A stretch of 63,687 bases of DNA, counting the filler, from Hausera hauseri (Eukaryota): assembly GCA_046269625.1 (NCBI GenBank). It is 12 parts of 12 records of this genome, joined end to end, with 100 filler letters (N's around TTAATTAATTAA, not from the genome) between each part and the next. Parts side by side here need not be neighbours in the genome. Positions count along the whole stretch, not along the records: positions 57,794 to 63,687 come from JBJURY010172306.1; 11 more parts are not named here. The stretch is one strand, 5' to 3'. Within the stretch, counting starts at the first letter, position 1. Every line of letters begins with the position of its first letter. The position numbers and the translations under genes are program-made. Below the pieces are notes generated by a model, which had not been told where the DNA came from, did no database searches, and saw only the letters and a program-made list of their open reading frames with translations. Below are positions 59,831-63,687 of the stretch, piece after piece.

Positions 59831-62800
59831 CGCCCCCTGGCATACAACCTATCCCCTATTCTTCTTTTTCTCAATAATGAACACATACACACGTACACTT
59901 CATTGCATTTACATATTGTTACCCTTCGTACCTTCATTTCTTTCTTACTCCACTCTTCCGCTTTTATCTTACTCACAGCGGTTCCATAGTACCCCTCACC
60001 GGAACCCTAAAATCTTTCTGAACCCATACTTGTCTCCACATACATTTCCATACCCGTGGTGGCAAGAACTCATCGCCAAACCATAGACACCACGGATAAA
60101 ACCACCACGAAACCAAAATTTGTCATATTGCTTCAAAAACCACTCCTATACCTGCTAGCAACCTCTCACCTATGACCTCTTCCGCTCCTTTTCCTCACTG
60201 CACCGAATTCTTTATTGACAGCCAAGGCTCCTGCAAAACTTGGTTGAAATTCCATCAGCTATAGCTACAAGCAAATATTACTGATTCATTAACCAAGGCA
60301 CACAATCTTTTCTTCTTATCCCCAAATAATATCAAAATGCGAATTCACAACATCATTGAAATCTTTGAACTTCGTGACCCATATTCTCACCTTTCCAGCG
60401 CCATTCTTAAGATCACAGAACCCTCCATGGACACGATCATACAACGTTTCTTCCACGATAATGCTATAGGCACGCAACGACTGTCAGAATTCTTACGCAC
60501 CTCTCTGGCACATCTACATACTCTCGGCGTCACTAAAGAACATAAACCAGATCTACTGCGCCACTATTTTTGCAATCTTTAACCTATCCAAATCCGGGCT
60601 TTACTTACCGTGGTGGAGGACTCTACGACTCTTGAGAAATTGGTCGAATTAGCCGATAGGACATACGTCGTTCTCCACTTAAATTCCCCACCAGTTGTTT
60701 TGGCAGCAGTTTGCCACTAAAGTTATTCAAACCAATAACACATCAATAGAACAACAGCTTAATCAGCTACGTGCCGAAAATATTGCAGTACACGCTAAAA
60801 TCAACAATTTTAGTAATAAATTAAACGAACTTTCTCTGTTCTGCCGGGAGGAAATTGTCGCTGACCGCATTCGTTCTGCGTCTAGAAACCGCTCAGCATC
60901 GCCTGCGCGTTCGTCCATCGGCTATTACCACAGCAGATTTAACACTAGCACTCAAAAGTGCTGCATAGGGTGCAAATTTTATAACAAAAATTTTTCCTCG
61001 GACACCGTTGTTTGCATCTACCATGCAAGGTTTAAAAATCAAGCTCGTAAATGTATTCCAGGCTGTACTTTCAAATCAAACAAGAACGACGGACGTACTG
61101 CCTTTTCTTCTAATAGTCGTCCTAATTCACACATTCAAAAAAACTAAGTTCGCCGCCAGAAGTCACGGCAAACTCTGGCAAAGACATTACTTCACTTTCT
61201 GAACGCCGACACATCTTTTTTGCTGTCTTTACCCTAAAGGCTGCAATCACTGCTCCTACAACGTAATCTGTTGACTTCCTCATCAGTACAGGTGCAGCGA
61301 TTTCTTTATTACCACAAACCTTTCCTGTACAAAATTCTCCATTCAAAATTAAGCCCTTATACACTGCTTCAGGCCAACCGCTGCACATTTTTGGCATGGC
61401 TAAATTATCTTTCACTTTAACAAATTTTTCTTTACCTTTCCATTGGATGTTCACAGTCGCTAACGTCCAGACGGCAATTTTAGGATCCGACTTTCTCTCA
61501 CACTATAATTTACTGGTTGACTGCAGTCAGCGATATTTGAGGGACGGCACCACTGGCGACATTTCTGAGCATGTCAATAGCGTTTCAACTAACGCGCAGT
61601 CGACCGGAACGCGAAAATCAATCTTAAAAGAACCAACGAATAATTCGAATTTTTATAACAATAACTCAATTTGTAAATTTTTAAATAATAATACTCATAT
61701 ACGATCGAGGTTCGATGTCGATAAGTGTAGTACTGCCACCCACGTTAAATCATTCTGCGAAAATACTCATCTAACACCATTTTCAATTCGACCATTTTAC
61801 ACCAAATACCACTTGACTGCACATCACCTAGCAACAAACAAATTGCATCCGCTACTACTCAAGCCATTTCACCACTTCCACTAAATCTCTCACAGTTACC
61901 TACAACTTCACAGCAATTCGTCAATACATCATATCCACGCGTACTTAAAAATGATCGTACGTTTACTCCTGCCAACAGTACTTTACACCATATAGTTACA
62001 CAGCATCAACGACCTATACGCCAAAAGGTACGGCCCCTGTCACCCCGTTGTAGACAGGCCGTAGAAGCCGAATTTCTTGAACTAGAACGTTTCGGCATAG
62101 TACGCTGTTCCAAATCTCCTTTGTCATCACCTTTACACGCTGTACAAAAAAGGACAGTACTTTTAGACCGTGCGGTGACTACCGACAGCTGAACAACTTG
62201 ACTATCATAAATGCGTACCCTTTATCACTCATCAAGGATATTTTGCATCGTTTTAATTCAACCACCATCTATTCGGCAATTGATTTAACTAAAACATATC
62301 ATCAAGTACCGGTGGCACCGGAAGACATAAAAAAAACTGCTGTCACTACTCCTTTCGGCCTCTATGAATGCCTGTTTATGCCATTCGGTTTGCAGAGTGC
62401 CGCACAAACTTTTCAGCGACACATTGATTGAATTCTTTCAGACTTCCCGTTTGCACACCCTTATATCGATGATATTCTAGTCGTTTCATCTACGGCCAAA
62501 CAACACGAGGAACACCTTCGCGCAATATCTCAACATCTTGACCACCATAATCTCCAATTCAATTTTGACAAATGCCATTTCTTCAAAAAGCGCATTAACT
62601 ATTTAGGCCACATTATTTTACCAGACGGTCATTCTCCCCAACCTGACCGAGTCAAAGCTATTAAAAATATCCAGTTGCCACACACAACCACTGAAATGCG
62701 CAGCTTCCTTGGTACACTACACTTTGTACATAAATATGTACCATATTGCTTCAACTTTGCAGCACCGTTCGCACACCTAAGCGGCGGCAAAAACATCAGT

Positions 62801-63687
62801 TAATCCAGTGGACACCTGAATTGGTTGACAAATTTGACAAGCTACGCGAAGGAATCAAAACCGTCGATATTCTAGCTTTTCCCAAGCCTGATGCAGAACT
62901 CATCCTTACTACAGACGAGTCAAACACTGCTGTACGCGCTGTACACCACCAGATCTACAAAGGCGAAATTCAACCGCTAGAATTTTTCTCTCGCAAGCTA
63001 ACAGCCCTTGAAACCAGATATTCAACGTTCGATCGAGAACTATTGGCCATCGTTCTTGCTTTAAAGCATTTCTCCCACCTACTTGTCGCTCGTCATCTTA
63101 CTATACAAACCGATCACAAGCCCTTACTTAACATCATGGCTATGAAACACCCTTCCACACGGCAAGAACGACAGATATCATACTTATCGACATTTAAATT
63201 CGATATTAAACACATTAACGGAGTTAACAATTTGGTTGCTGATATTTTGTCTAGGTCGGTTAGTTCAATTAATTTTTCTCAGATCTTTACGCAAGACCAA
63301 TTTCAACAGAACCAGCTACCTCAAGACATGCTTAATTCTTTTAAGTCTTGCACAATCGTTGACGGCGTGGCTTTAGACACTTCCAAACCAGGCCATTCGG
63401 TAATAAATCTAGCACCATCGTTGCAAAGGCAAGCTTTTCACAAAGTGCATTCACTACACCATCCTGGTGCTAAAGTTACTTTTCGTCTACTCTATCAACA
63501 AGCAATATGGCTCTCAATGCGTTTTGATGTGCAGGCATGGGTTAAGGAGTGTGTGGCTTGCCAAAAATACAAAACAGCTAAGCATTTAAAGTCACTACTG
63601 TTTCACTTTTCCTGCACATCGCGTTTCGAGTCCGTGCATATTGACATCGTTGGCCCTCTTCCTCCAGACAACGGTCATCAATTCATC
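59831..63687 (+). mobile_element. CsRn1-clade Gypsy element B (Ubl-gag, protease, RT, RNase H, start of integrase), degenerate
   Basis: HTRGG at ~60049-60063; double knuckle; slippery site at 61138; PYIDD, RELLA, VHIDIVGP. Confidence 0.93.
61138..61179 (+). promoter_or_regulatory. -1 ribosomal frameshift signal (AAAAAAC plus H-type pseudoknot); equivalents at 19100-19141 (-) and 40436-40477 (-)
   Basis: Slippery heptamer directly before the gag TAA; stems GCCG/CGGC and CCAGA/TCTGG. Confidence 0.8.

Overview
This window is not contiguous DNA. It is 12 short contigs (about 4-7.6 kb) joined by artificial N-TTAATTAATTAA-N linkers, so adjacency across linkers means nothing. Contig 1 (1-7625) looks like teleost fish DNA (Tc1 ends, a V-SINE-like element, a Rex-like LINE tail, microsatellites). 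The other contigs come from an AT-rich metazoan that I cannot name. They hold two decayed Polinton/adintovirus-type pPolB elements, a NeSL-like non-LTR retrotransposon with two Ulp1 domains, and pieces of at least seven CsRn1/Kabuki-clade Ty3/Gypsy elements. The Gypsy family is the unusual system. (1) Gag starts with a ubiquitin-like domain ending in RxRGG/HTRGG in four copies. (2) The LTR appears split into a conserved ~105-135 bp TG-head and a ~285 bp tail ending CAACA. Between them lie kilobases of apparently intron-less host-gene fragments, almost all in the element's sense orientation (ZFR, PARN, PLC, TRIM37, KMT2C, TBC1D23, maspardin and others). (3) In two copies the tRNA primer-binding site is replaced by a C-rich 10-mer, which in copy B is the exact complement of the polypurine tract of its close relative. 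(4) One element carries two antisense, covarying tRNA-headed long-hairpin RNAs after integrase. (5) The -1 frameshift pseudoknots covary between copies. No contig contains a complete element, so the whole-element model is inferred from partial copies. All protein identifications are by eye, without database searches.
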